From contig JBGUGE010000002.1 in assembly GCA_045111335.1 (NCBI GenBank), positions 1,032 to 65,031 on the forward strand: 64,000 nt of DNA, given 5' to 3'. Below are positions 28,031-37,609 of the stretch, in pieces. Every line of letters starts with the position of its first letter. Positions within the stretch are counted from its first letter, which is position 1. The stretch is from Alphaproteobacteria bacterium (GTDB lineage Bacteria; Pseudomonadota; Alphaproteobacteria; RF32; CAG-239). The notes under the pieces were generated by a model. That model worked only from the letters and a program-made list of their open reading frames with translations, did not search any database and was not told the DNA's origin. A program made the translations under genes and the position numbers.

Positions 28031-29735
28031 CGGCTTTAAAATAAAATATTCGGCGCCGGATATCAGACGACGGGTAACGCAACAAATGCGCAAGATTGAG
28101 CTGATTGATCAAGAGCACGAATCCTATAAAAATTTGTCGGAAGGCGATAAAAAGGCGTTTAAATATTTGATTAATGCCTCGCGCATTATCAATGATGTAG
28201 CGCTGGAAATGGATCATCCGATGAATTTGGTGCAAAAGCAGGCGCTTGAGGTGGCGGCCGAGACAAGCCCGTATGCGACCAATACTCTGAAACTGTTTAA
28301 TTCGCTTAACGGGGTTGCCGGTTCAAACGGCGTTGATAAGGAGCCGGTTGAACTGTTTGAGGGAATTCATCAATATGAGGGGCGCAATTTTTATCCGACG
28401 GATTTAGATGCGGCGGGATTGTCGCGGATTATTAATAAGATGCTCGATGCCGGTAAGGTTGAGGAAGTGCGCAAAATTTTGAGCGCACGGACGATGGTTC
28501 GTCGCCAGGGTAAGGAGCTGAAAGCTATTGATTATACCGAATATTTTGCCGAGGAATTTTCGGAAATTGCCAATGAGTTGGAGTGTGCGGCGCATTTTAC
28601 GACCGATGAGCTGTTCAAAGATTATTTAGGTTGGCAGGCGCAGGCGTTGTTGCAAAACAATGTTGAAATGGATGTTTTAGCCGATAAACATTGGGCCGAA
28701 ATGCAGAATACACCGCTTGAATTTACGCTCAGTCGCGAAAATTATGATGATAAACTGACGTCAAAGCTGTTTTCGGATAAAGTGTTGTGTGCACGCTTGG
28801 AAAAGCTTAATATTCATCCTGTGCCGAAGGATATGCTGGGTATTCGTGTGGGAATTGTCAATCGGCAAGGTACGGAATTGTTGCTGAAATTTAAGGAAAA
28901 GATGACCGAGTTGGCGGCGTTGATGCCGATGAGCGATAAATACGAACAAAACGTCGGCGGTAAAAAGGGCTTAAAGCAAACAATGGTTGATGTTGATATT
29001 GCGGCGCTGACGGGTGATTATGCGCTTTGTCGCGGCGGGATTACCTTAGCCCAGAATTTGCCGAATAATGATAAGCCGAGTTTGGCTCGCGGCGGCGGTC
29101 GACGCAATGTTTATCATCGTCAGGTGCGGCGTAGCGGCGAATCGGAGAAAACCGAGAAAATCCTGAAAAAATTGGTAATTCCGGAATTACATAAATATTA
29201 TAACAATGAATACGACCATCTGTTTACCATCGGGCATGAAAACGGGCATTCGCTCGGTCCGGACAGTACTTATCAGACGGCGCTCGGCATTTATCACCAC
29301 ATTATCGAGGAGCATAAGGCCGATATGGTATCGGCGGCAATGATGCCGGAATACGTGAAGGCCGGTATTATCAGCGAAGAAGAATTAAAATCAATTTATA
29401 TCACATGGATTGTAAAACGTCATTTTATGAAGGCATATCCGCAGGATAAGGAAGCTCACCGGATGGCGGATTTGATTGAGTATAACTTTTTACATGATTA
29501 CGGCGCGTTTTGGTTTGATGCCGATAAAAAATTGCATGTTGATTTTGCAAAAATTCAATCAGGTTCTCGAAAATTGTTGGAAGAGGTCATCAAAGTTCAG
29601 CTGTCAAAATCGCCTGAAGTTGCCGAGAAATTCGTGGCTAAATGGACCGAATGGGGTGAAATGTTACAATTTATTGCCGACTTTAAACAAAGTTTAGGAA
29701 TTAAACCTTATATTAATATCATATCATCGTTTTAA
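28014..29735 (+). CDS. putative zinc metallopeptidase, DPP III (M49)-like
   Basis: IGHENGH (HExGH) and downstream IEEHKAD (EExxAD) resemble the two zinc-binding motifs of peptidase M49. 573 aa. Confidence 0.35.
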   Translation: MKMKINGFKIKYSAPDIRRRVTQQMRKIELIDQEHESYKNLSEGDKKAFKYLINASRIINDVALEMDHPMNLVQKQALEVAAETSPYATNTLKLFNSLNGVAGSNGVDKEPVELFEGIHQYEGRNFYPTDLDAAGLSRIINKMLDAGKVEEVRKILSARTMVRRQGKELKAIDYTEYFAEEFSEIANELECAAHFTTDELFKDYLGWQAQALLQNNVEMDVLADKHWAEMQNTPLEFTLSRENYDDKLTSKLFSDKVLCARLEKLNIHPVPKDMLGIRVGIVNRQGTELLLKFKEKMTELAALMPMSDKYEQNVGGKKGLKQTMVDVDIAALTGDYALCRGGITLAQNLPNNDKPSLARGGGRRNVYHRQVRRSGESEKTEKILKKLVIPELHKYYNNEYDHLFTIGHENGHSLGPDSTYQTALGIYHHIIEEHKADMVSAAMMPEYVKAGIISEEELKSIYITWIVKRHFMKAYPQDKEAHRMADLIEYNFLHDYGAFWFDADKKLHVDFAKIQSGSRKLLEEVIKVQLSKSPEVAEKFVAKWTEWGEMLQFIADFKQSLGIKPYINIISSF

Positions 29736-29762
29736 CAAAACACGAGTTTACGGAGAAATAAA

Positions 29763-29930
29763 ATGCAGAGAGTATTATTGGTTTTGGCGATTTTGCTGAT
29801 TTCATCTTGTTCGGAGTTTATGGCGAATCATATCAGCAGCGAAAGACAGGAGTTATATGACTATAACAACAATCAGGAGTTCTGCCAGCAATATCCGGAC
29901 AGATGTTATAAAAATATTCCGCGGTTTTAA
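29763..29930 (+). CDS. small lipoprotein (55 aa)
   Basis: Not in the ORF track (<60 aa). GGAGAAA RBS. Lipobox LLISSC. Terminator immediately downstream. Confidence 0.4.
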   Translation: MQRVLLVLAILLISSCSEFMANHISSERQELYDYNNNQEFCQQYPDRCYKNIPRF

Positions 29931-29947
29931 GTTCGGAACATTATAAA

Positions 29948-29977
29948 AAACGGCGTCTGTAATGACGCCGTTTTTTA
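29948..29977. terminator. bidirectional Rho-independent terminator
   Basis: cggcgtc ... gacgccg hairpin flanked by A-run and T-run. Confidence 0.6.
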
Positions 29978-29998
29978 ATTTGGCAAATATCGTGCGGT

Positions 29999-30499
29999 TT
30001 ATTCAATACCGTAAATATCGCGAACAACCCATTTGCCGCCGCTTTGGCCGAGCTGATAAATAATCGTGCCCTGACATAACCCGAACCAACCGCCGTTGCA
30101 GGAACTTTCAGTATATATTTCGGTAGTGCCGTTCGGCAAAACGGTTTTATTGATGAAACGATAATTGATTTCCGTCGGGCGCTCAACAGTCGGGTCGGTC
30201 ATAAAGATAAAGGTCGGCAGATTTTGTTTGGCGCAGAATTCCATATCCGGTTTTAAGGTGCATTTTACCGCATTTTCAACAGCGCACAACATTTCGCTGA
30301 CATCTTCGGAGCAATCTGCGGTCAATTCTTGTGCATTAAAAGAATAAACCGTTTCCGGCAGAGCTTCTTCTACCTGAGCCACGGTTGCATCTTCCGTTTC
30401 GGAAGCAACGTTTGTTTCGGTTTTTGTGCGTTTGAGCAGAGACAGACTCCAAACGAACAAAATCAGCATTACAGCAACAATAAAAATTTTCTTAAACAT
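29999..30499 (-). CDS. secreted protein, unknown function
   Basis: Signal/TM MFKKIFIVAVMLILFVWSLSLL. Confidence 0.5.
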   Translation of the reverse strand: MFKKIFIVAVMLILFVWSLSLLKRTKTETNVASETEDATVAQVEEALPETVYSFNAQELTADCSEDVSEMLCAVENAVKCTLKPDMEFCAKQNLPTFIFMTDPTVERPTEINYRFINKTVLPNGTTEIYTESSCNGGWFGLCQGTIIYQLGQSGGKWVVRDIYGIE

Positions 30500-30511
30500 T
30501 GTTTTATTCCT

Positions 30512-31063
30512 TTAGTTAAAGTGATATTCCACACCGAAGGAATATTCCAAACTGTGGTTATATCCTTCGAGATGATCAAATTCTACATGGCGACACATTG
30601 CCCGCGATTGCCAATGTTCGTTCCATGCGTATTTTATACCGCCGCCGAAACGGTAACCGTAGCCGTGTTCGTGGTGCCGGTCGGTCGGGCTGAATTTTGT
30701 TTTGTAATTATATTCACCGATACCGGCCGTGGCAATCAGCGAAAAGTCAGCAAAAATCGGTAAAATTGCCAAAGCATCAAGGCCGTAAGCAAAATACGAG
30801 GTAACCAGCTTGTCGTCGCCATAGCGGCGCTTGTCCTGTCCGCTTTGTTCGGCAAACAGCTCGGTGGCAAAATAGCGACCGTAATCCGAGCCCAGCCGCA
30901 ACGAACCGCCGTGATGATACGGGCGCTCGCCGAAAGCATTGGCGCGACTGAATACATAATCCGCCCCGAGATAAGGCGTATAGTTATAACTGTCGGCACG
31001 AGCAACGGGGTTGCCGATGGTCGTAAAAATTGCCGTCGTTAAAAGAATTGTAAACTTTTTCAT
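30512..31063 (-). CDS. small outer-membrane beta-barrel protein (OMP_b-brl family)
   Basis: Signal peptide. Alternating aromatic/hydrophobic strands. C-terminal ...YHFN with terminal aromatic-x-hydrophobic. Confidence 0.55.
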   Translation of the reverse strand: MKKFTILLTTAIFTTIGNPVARADSYNYTPYLGADYVFSRANAFGERPYHHGGSLRLGSDYGRYFATELFAEQSGQDKRRYGDDKLVTSYFAYGLDALAILPIFADFSLIATAGIGEYNYKTKFSPTDRHHEHGYGYRFGGGIKYAWNEHWQSRAMCRHVEFDHLEGYNHSLEYSFGVEYHFN

Positions 31064-31192
31064 TTATTATCCTTATATAATATCCAATGGCTTTATTATA
31101 ATCGTCTTATTAAAAAAATAAAGTATTTTATAAAAGTTATTGTGAATGAAGTTTTTTTATGGTATTGTAGTACAATATTGAAGGAAAAAATT

Positions 31193-31837
31193 ATGGATGC
31201 GAAAAAAACACAGACCGGTCGGTCAATGATTGAGATGATGGGTTACCTGATGGTCAGCATGGGGGTGATTGTGGCCATGGGGCGTCTGGTCAGCAGCGCG
31301 TTTGATAATCATAAATACAGCACTGCTTCCTATCAGCTTACGGAGTTGGTCGGGGCAATAGTACGCTCGTCGGCAATTGATGTTGATTATACCGAAGTGG
31401 TTGAAAAAGTGCAAAAAGGCGATCGTGATTTGATTCCGAGGTCGTATCGGGTTGTGGTCGGCAATAACAGCGCTAAAATTTATCATGCTTTCGGCGGAAC
31501 GGTGGATGTCAGTCTTTTTGCTCAAAATCCTGAAAAGTTTTCATTAAAATATAACAATCTTTCCAAAAAACAGTGTGTGGAACTTGCTCTTAAAAATTGG
31601 AGCAAGAACCAGTATGCCGATTTGTTTGCTGTGGTGGTTAACAACAAATACTATTGGTATTGGAAGGCTTACGGCAATAAAGACGGCGGTAGTTTTTCTG
31701 TTGCCGACGGAACTTGCGAAGGTGTAACCTGTGCGTTGCCGACATCACGTTATATGCTGACCGGTGTTAATGATAACGGAACCGACGGGCAATGTACCGA
31801 CAGCCGCTCTAACACCGTTATGTGGATATTTAACTGA
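31193..31837 (+). CDS. type IV prepilin-like (class III signal) protein
   Basis: Basic leader MDAKKTQTG followed by RSMIEMMGYLMVSMGVIVAMG (Glu at +5, hydrophobic stretch of ~20). AAGGA RBS. Confidence 0.35.
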   Translation: MDAKKTQTGRSMIEMMGYLMVSMGVIVAMGRLVSSAFDNHKYSTASYQLTELVGAIVRSSAIDVDYTEVVEKVQKGDRDLIPRSYRVVVGNNSAKIYHAFGGTVDVSLFAQNPEKFSLKYNNLSKKQCVELALKNWSKNQYADLFAVVVNNKYYWYWKAYGNKDGGSFSVADGTCEGVTCALPTSRYMLTGVNDNGTDGQCTDSRSNTVMWIFN

Positions 31838-31928
31838 CAACTTCATGTGATTAAGTAACATTAAGTCTTGAAGTTATATCGGTTTGTTGTTAATTATTAT
31901 AAAACTGTAAAAGAAAAGGAGATGTAAA

Positions 31929-32357
31929 ATGACGTCTATTGTATTACCACCGGATTATAAACCGTCCGCTGACGAAGAATATATGAACGAGATGCAACTC
32001 GAATATTTTCGTCAGAAATTAGAAAATTGGAAAAAGTCGCTTGTTTCTCAGTCTGCCGATACATTAGACGATTTGCGTCAAGGCGGTTTGAACCAGCCGG
32101 ACGAAATTGACCGTGCATCTATGGAAACCGATAAATCGTTGGATTTGCGTACCAAAGACCGTATTCGTAAGCTGATTACCAAAATTGATGAAGCGCTGGA
32201 TCGCATTGAAGAAGGTACATACGGTTATTGCGAAGAAACCGGCGAACCTATCGGGATTAACCGTTTGGAAGCTCGCCCGGTGGCAACGCTCTCTATTGAA
32301 GCGCAAGAACGCCACGAGCGCATGGAAAAAACTTTTGATGATGATAACGGCGCATAA
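31929..32357 (+). CDS. dksA: RNA polymerase-binding transcription factor DksA (Cys-poor variant)
   Basis: Coiled-coil with DxxDxA tip region (DEIDRAS). C-terminal globular domain has only one Cys. Confidence 0.75.
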   Translation: MTSIVLPPDYKPSADEEYMNEMQLEYFRQKLENWKKSLVSQSADTLDDLRQGGLNQPDEIDRASMETDKSLDLRTKDRIRKLITKIDEALDRIEEGTYGYCEETGEPIGINRLEARPVATLSIEAQERHERMEKTFDDDNGA

Positions 32358-32360
32358 TTT

Positions 32361-32945
32361 ATGCAAAATTCGGCAGAAGTAAAAGATTTTATATTAGCTT
32401 CCGGCTCGCCGCAACGTATTGCTTTGTTGCGGCAAGTTGCTTATGAGCCGAAAAAAATTCAGCCGGCGGATATTGATGAAAATTGCCTGCCGCACGAAAT
32501 GCCGTTGCCGTATGTGCGGCGTATGGCGCTTGAAAAGGCTAAACACGTTGCGGCACTGTGCCCGAATGAAAATGTTTTGGCTTGTGATACCATTGTTACC
32601 GTCGGGCAGAGAATCATTCATAAGGCAAAAAATGCCGACGAACAGCGGGAGTATTTGAAAATGTTGTCCGGACGCACTCATCGGGTTATCAGCTCGGTGT
32701 GTTTGGTTGATAAAAGCAGAAGACTTTCACAGCGTACGGTTACCACCAAAATAATGATGAAAGTACTATCCGATGAAGATATAAATGAGTATTTGGAGTG
32801 CGGAGAGTGGAAAGGTGTTTGCGGGTATAAAATTGAAGGGCGGTTGGCCGGATATGTGACACGTATGGTTGGTTCGTATTCGGGTGTGGTCGGTCTGCCG
32901 CTGTATGAGACATTGAATTTATTAAAAGGAGTAGGAATAAAATGA
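32361..32945 (+). CDS. maf: Maf-like nucleotide pyrophosphatase
   Basis: ILASGSPQRIALL N-terminus. 194 aa. Adjacent to rng as in maf-rng synteny. Confidence 0.8.
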   Translation: MQNSAEVKDFILASGSPQRIALLRQVAYEPKKIQPADIDENCLPHEMPLPYVRRMALEKAKHVAALCPNENVLACDTIVTVGQRIIHKAKNADEQREYLKMLSGRTHRVISSVCLVDKSRRLSQRTVTTKIMMKVLSDEDINEYLECGEWKGVCGYKIEGRLAGYVTRMVGSYSGVVGLPLYETLNLLKGVGIK

Positions 32946-34105
32946 AAGCGGAAAAAATAGTATATGACAGAAATGATGAGGCGTTCGGAATTGCCGTTTT
33001 TGATAATACCGGATTGATGGAAATAGATATTTATAATGATAACCGCGCGATTGAGGGCAACGTTTATTTGGGTAAAATCGTTAAAAAAATTAATTTAGCC
33101 AATGACAGATACGGTTTTATTGTTGATATCGGGGACGGACATGAGGCGTTTTTGAATGCTTATGAACCGGCCTTAAAAGAAGCTAATATGAGCGAAGGCC
33201 AGAGTGTTGTAGTGCAGGTTTTGCAAGAAAAACATGCCGAAAAAGGGGCTAAAGTGGTGCGCAATATTCAATTGGTGGGCACTTATTTGGTTTATTGCCC
33301 GTTTAAGTATGATGTGGAATATTCCCGCAAAATTGAGGATACGCAAAAGGCGGAGCAGTATGCCAAAGCCGTGCGCGAAAAATGTAACGGACAGGAAGGT
33401 TGGATTTTACGCACTATGTCGGTTGAGGGTACCGAACAACAACTGATTGAAGAAATGACTCAACTTCGCGAAATTTATGAGGATATTCGCAAAAAGGCTC
33501 GCACATTATCGGCGCCGGCTCTGTTGTATGCTAAGGAAAATCCGCTGTTTGATTATATTCGTCGTTATCGTGACAGCTTAAAAGAAGTAGTGGTTGATGC
33601 GCCGAATTTGGCCGAAGCGGTGAAATCCGTGTTTGACGGTACGGTAACACAAAAGAAAAACGGTTTTGAGGAATACGGCGTGGACGATGCCATTATTGAC
33701 GCGTTGGAACGTACTGTTGAGTTAAAGCATGGCGGAAGTCTGCAAATTGAAGAAACTCGCGCTTGTGTGGCAATTGATGTGGATAGCGGCGGCATGCGGA
33801 ATGTGGGCGATATTGATGCACTCAATGTTGAGGCGGCAAAGGAAATTGTGCGGCAGATTCGTCTGCGTAACCTTTCCGGCAAAATCATTATTGACTTCGC
33901 CGGTTCGTCGGAATATCGCTTTATGAAGAGTATTATCGACTGTTTGGAAGAGGAATTGGCAGATGATGCTTGTCATAGCCGCGTGTTAGGGTTGAGCCGT
34001 GCCGGAAATATCGAAATTTTGCGGCAGCGTCGGCGTCCGACTTTGCGTGATTTGTATACGGTAGAGTGCCCGACATGTAGCGGCACGGGACGAGTTGAGC
34101 CGTGA
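32942..34105 (+). CDS. rng: ribonuclease G/E family endoribonuclease (short form)
   Basis: S1 domain (GNVYLGKIVKKINLANDRYGFIVDIG). DNase I-like region. Zn-link CPTCSGTGRV. Confidence 0.75.
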   Translation: MKAEKIVYDRNDEAFGIAVFDNTGLMEIDIYNDNRAIEGNVYLGKIVKKINLANDRYGFIVDIGDGHEAFLNAYEPALKEANMSEGQSVVVQVLQEKHAEKGAKVVRNIQLVGTYLVYCPFKYDVEYSRKIEDTQKAEQYAKAVREKCNGQEGWILRTMSVEGTEQQLIEEMTQLREIYEDIRKKARTLSAPALLYAKENPLFDYIRRYRDSLKEVVVDAPNLAEAVKSVFDGTVTQKKNGFEEYGVDDAIIDALERTVELKHGGSLQIEETRACVAIDVDSGGMRNVGDIDALNVEAAKEIVRQIRLRNLSGKIIIDFAGSSEYRFMKSIIDCLEEELADDACHSRVLGLSRAGNIEILRQRRRPTLRDLYTVECPTCSGTGRVEP

Positions 34106-34314
34106 GCGAAGTGATTAAAACTCATAAATGTCCGATTTGCGGCAAATTGTTTGCCGATACGACGTATATGCCGTTTTGCTCAAAACGTTGTGCCGATGTT
34201 GATTTAAATCACTGGTTTAACGGCAGTTATGCCGTGGCATCAGAGGATTTGGATGAGTTGGAAACTCAGGAACTTACAGAGGCTTTGGAAAATGCTCAAA
34301 AAGACGGAAAATAA
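34102..34314 (+). CDS. yacG: DNA gyrase inhibitor YacG (zinc ribbon)
   Basis: CPICGK...PFCSKRCADVDLNHW motif. 70 aa. Confidence 0.65.
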   Translation: MSEVIKTHKCPICGKLFADTTYMPFCSKRCADVDLNHWFNGSYAVASEDLDELETQELTEALENAQKDGK

Positions 34315-35422
34315 TATCGTTTTAAATCGTTCAGAGGATAATGTTTTGCATTTATCCGCACGGGATGATGTGATTAATTTTGATAATCCGGATTTTTTGG
34401 AACAACTCAAACAACAATTTGCGGCCAAGCCAAAAAAATTATGTTTGAATGTTGAAAATCTGAAAAACTGGGATTCATCGCTGTTGGCGATTTTTTACGA
34501 AGGAGTGCGGTTGGCAAACGAAAATGCTGTGCCGTACGATATTTCGGGTCTGCCGCGGAATTTGCAGGATTTAATCGGTTTGGCGTTTGCCGACGATCGC
34601 AAGCCGACACACGGCGGCGCAAAACATTTTCCGTTTTTTGAGGCAATCGGTCGCTTTACGCTGGATTGTTTGCAGAAAACATCGGATGTGATGGATTTCT
34701 TGGGGCAAATATGTACTTCAATCGGTCGCGCGCTTACTTTTCGTTCGATTATGCGGCGGGTGGATTTTATGTCCGCATTGGAAGATTGCGGCCCTCGTGC
34801 CATCGGAATCGTATCTTTAATCAGCTTTTTGGTGGGGTTGATTTTGGCCTTTGTCGGGGCTATTCAACTGGAAACCTTTGGGGCGCAGATATATGTGGCC
34901 AGTTTGGTAACCATCGGTATGTGCCGGATTATGGGCGCGATTATGGTGGGGATTATCATGGCCGGTCGTACCGGTTCGTCATACGCCGCCACCATCGGCA
35001 CCATGCAAGTCAACGAGGAGCTGGATGCTCTGCAGACTATGGGTATGTCCAAGGTTGATTTTTTGGTATTGCCGCGATTGCTGTCACTGCTGATTGCCAT
35101 GCCGATTTTAACGATGTTGGCAGATTTTATGGGCATACTCGGCGGTGCGTTTGTCGGCGTTTTTATGATGGACTTGCCGTATCATGAATACTTTAAGTAT
35201 GCTTTTAATGCTTTTAATCTGAAAAACTTTATGGTTGGCGTTTTCCATGGTTTTTGCTTTGGAATCATAATTGCTGTTTGTGGCTGTTACAGCGGCCTTA
35301 ATTGCGGACGCAATGCCGACAGCGTTGGTATTGCCACCACGCAGTCCGTAGTGCGGGCAATTGTGTGGATGATTGTGGCTACCGGCGTGATTACGGTTAT
35401 TTGTATGGAGATTGGGTTATGA
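34292..35422 (+). CDS. MlaE-family ABC permease with N-terminal STAS-like domain
   Basis: N-terminal ~120 aa STAS-like segment, then MlaE/YrbE permease helices. Start chosen after the yacG stop. Confidence 0.6.
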   Translation: MLKKTENNIVLNRSEDNVLHLSARDDVINFDNPDFLEQLKQQFAAKPKKLCLNVENLKNWDSSLLAIFYEGVRLANENAVPYDISGLPRNLQDLIGLAFADDRKPTHGGAKHFPFFEAIGRFTLDCLQKTSDVMDFLGQICTSIGRALTFRSIMRRVDFMSALEDCGPRAIGIVSLISFLVGLILAFVGAIQLETFGAQIYVASLVTIGMCRIMGAIMVGIIMAGRTGSSYAATIGTMQVNEELDALQTMGMSKVDFLVLPRLLSLLIAMPILTMLADFMGILGGAFVGVFMMDLPYHEYFKYAFNAFNLKNFMVGVFHGFCFGIIIAVCGCYSGLNCGRNADSVGIATTQSVVRAIVWMIVATGVITVICMEIGL

Positions 35423-36177
35423 GTAAGCCGGTGGTCATAGATGTAAAAGGTTTGAGCGTCGGCTACGGCGATTATGTGTTGTTGCATGATGCCGATTATC
35501 AGGTGGCTAAAGGCGACATTTTTATCATTATGGGAGGTAGCGGTTGCGGCAAAAGCAGTATGCTCAGAGTGTTGACCGGTTTAATACCGCCGCTTAAGGG
35601 AACGGTGGTGATTAACGGTGTCAATATCAGTACCGCGCCGGCCGAAGAAGTACAAAAAATCCGCGAAAAATCGGGCATATTATATCAGAGCGGGGCGCTG
35701 TTCAGCTCAATGACGTTGGCGGAAAACATTATGCTGCCGTTGCAACAATATACCGATTATTCGCCGGCCACCATGCGCGAGTTGGCACATTTGAAATTGG
35801 CATTGGTGGGTTTGAGCGGATTTGATGATTTTTATCCTTCCGAAATCAGCGGCGGTATGAAGAAACGCGCCGGTTTGGCACGGGCCTTAGCGCTTGATCC
35901 GGATATTGTGTATTTTGATGAGCCGTCGGCCGGTTTGGACCCGATAAGCTCGCATAATTTGGACGATTTGATTATTGAAATCAACCGCAGTCTGGGCACT
36001 ACGATTGTGGTGGTAACCCATGAGTTGGCCTCAATTTTTGCCATCGGCAACAATTCGATTTTTTTGGATGCGGCCACTAAAACCATTATGGCTAAAGGCG
36101 ACCCGAAAGAACTTTTGAAAAATCCGCCGAACGAAGCGGTATATCAATTCTTAACGCGAGGAGAGAAGAAAAAATGA
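35419..36177 (+). CDS. MlaF-like ABC ATP-binding protein
   Basis: Walker A GGSGCGKSS, signature LSGGMKKR, Walker B IVYFDEPSAGLD. Start at MSKPVV, overlapping the permease stop. Confidence 0.8.
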   Translation: MSKPVVIDVKGLSVGYGDYVLLHDADYQVAKGDIFIIMGGSGCGKSSMLRVLTGLIPPLKGTVVINGVNISTAPAEEVQKIREKSGILYQSGALFSSMTLAENIMLPLQQYTDYSPATMRELAHLKLALVGLSGFDDFYPSEISGGMKKRAGLARALALDPDIVYFDEPSAGLDPISSHNLDDLIIEINRSLGTTIVVVTHELASIFAIGNNSIFLDAATKTIMAKGDPKELLKNPPNEAVYQFLTRGEKKK

Positions 36178-37040
36178 ATAAAACATATAGACTAACCGGT
36201 ATTTTTGTCTTAGTCGGCCTGGTTTGTTTCAGTCTGATTATAGGTTATTTCCTCAAACAAAAATTTTCCGAAAACGAGGAAGATATGGTTATTATGTATT
36301 TTGACGAGTCAATACGCGGCCTCAGCGTCGGTTCTCCGGTGTTGTTGCAAGGGGTTGAAATCGGAAATGTGGCAAAGATCCGTCTTCTGGCCAATTTGGA
36401 AAAAGGAACATTTAAAACGCCGGTGTATATGACATTTAACGGTAATAAGTCGGTAACAGTTTACGGCGAAGGCGATGACCTGTTGAAAGGGCTGATTGAC
36501 AAGGGATTGCGCGCGCGTTTGATTACCTCGAACTTTTTGACCGGCCAGCTGATGATTGAACTGGTTATGGATGAAAAATCACCGGTGATCTATCGCGGTA
36601 CCGGAAAATATCCGGAAATTCCTACCATATATTCTTCTTTTGCACAACTCTCTAAGGATTTGGAAGATATCCCGCTTCAAGAAACCGTAATGCGGGTGGG
36701 TAATTTAATTAATAATATTGATGAAAGTCTGCCGCTTATCTTGGAAAATATTTCGCAAACAACCGCGCATATCAGGGAAACAGCACCGAATGCCATGAAG
36801 AATCTGAACGATTTGGCCGATAGCTTAAATAAGAATATTCCGTCGCTGTTGCAAAATATTAACAATATTTCGCTCAAAATCGATAATATAATGGATGAAA
36901 AAACCGGTAGTGCCGGTCGAACCATGGATAACATGAATAAGACGCTTGAAGAGATTTCTAAAGCCAGTCGTTCATTGAAGAATTTGACCGATTATTTAGA
37001 GCGCCATCCGGAAGCCATTATCCAAGGAAAGGAGAAATAA
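36174..37040 (+). CDS. MlaD/MCE-domain substrate-binding protein
   Basis: N-terminal TM. MCE domain (GLSVGSPVLLQGVEIGNV). C-terminal coiled region. Confidence 0.75.
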   Translation: MNKTYRLTGIFVLVGLVCFSLIIGYFLKQKFSENEEDMVIMYFDESIRGLSVGSPVLLQGVEIGNVAKIRLLANLEKGTFKTPVYMTFNGNKSVTVYGEGDDLLKGLIDKGLRARLITSNFLTGQLMIELVMDEKSPVIYRGTGKYPEIPTIYSSFAQLSKDLEDIPLQETVMRVGNLINNIDESLPLILENISQTTAHIRETAPNAMKNLNDLADSLNKNIPSLLQNINNISLKIDNIMDEKTGSAGRTMDNMNKTLEEISKASRSLKNLTDYLERHPEAIIQGKEK

Positions 37041-37041
37041 A

Positions 37042-37608
37042 ATGAAAAAAATTGCTTTAATTTGCGCAATCATAATTTTAAATGCCTGCAGTTTTCGTTC
37101 ACCGCAATCGCAGTTTTATGTGATGAACAGCACTGGCCTTGATTCTCTTTCCGAAAAGAAAATGAGTGTTGCCGTTGCCCGAGTTAAGGTGCCGGATATG
37201 CTGGATAAATCGCAGATGGTTGTTTATGACAAAGATTCATCTGAGGTGCAGATTTTGGAATTTCATCGTTGGGCCGAAGTTTTGCCGGATATGATTCAGG
37301 CTACCGTTACCAATGATTTGATTGCCTATTTGCCGAATGCGTATGTTCAGCGTACATATTTCGACAGCGATACCGTGCAATACAGTGTCAACATAGAAAT
37401 CAATCGTATAGAAGCTTATAAGGGCGGTGACGTTATTTTATCCGCATGGTGGTATATCAGCAATTCCAAGGGTAGGGTTGTAAAGCGTGAACAGCGTACC
37501 TATACGGCGCCGACGCAAAACAGCAGTATGTCGGCATTGGTGGACGCACAGGCAGCGGCGATTCACTGGATGACACGGGATATTTCCGAAAATTTGCTTA
37601 AAATGTGA
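37042..37608 (+). CDS. ABC-type transport auxiliary lipoprotein (PqiC/LptE-like, PF03886)
   Basis: Lipobox ILNACSF. Position as the 4th gene of the MCE operon. Confidence 0.55.
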   Translation: MKKIALICAIIILNACSFRSPQSQFYVMNSTGLDSLSEKKMSVAVARVKVPDMLDKSQMVVYDKDSSEVQILEFHRWAEVLPDMIQATVTNDLIAYLPNAYVQRTYFDSDTVQYSVNIEINRIEAYKGGDVILSAWWYISNSKGRVVKREQRTYTAPTQNSSMSALVDAQAAAIHWMTRDISENLLKM

Positions 37609-37609
37609 G

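Noticed and set aside
34229-34291. Upstream extension of the permease ORF overlapping yacG
   Set aside because: The extension overlaps the conserved YacG frame. An internal ATG at 34292 gives a sensible STAS-domain start.
35302-35418. N-terminal 39-aa extension of the ABC ATPase ORF
   Set aside because: It overlaps the permease C-terminus. The canonical start MSKPVV overlaps the permease stop (ATGA).
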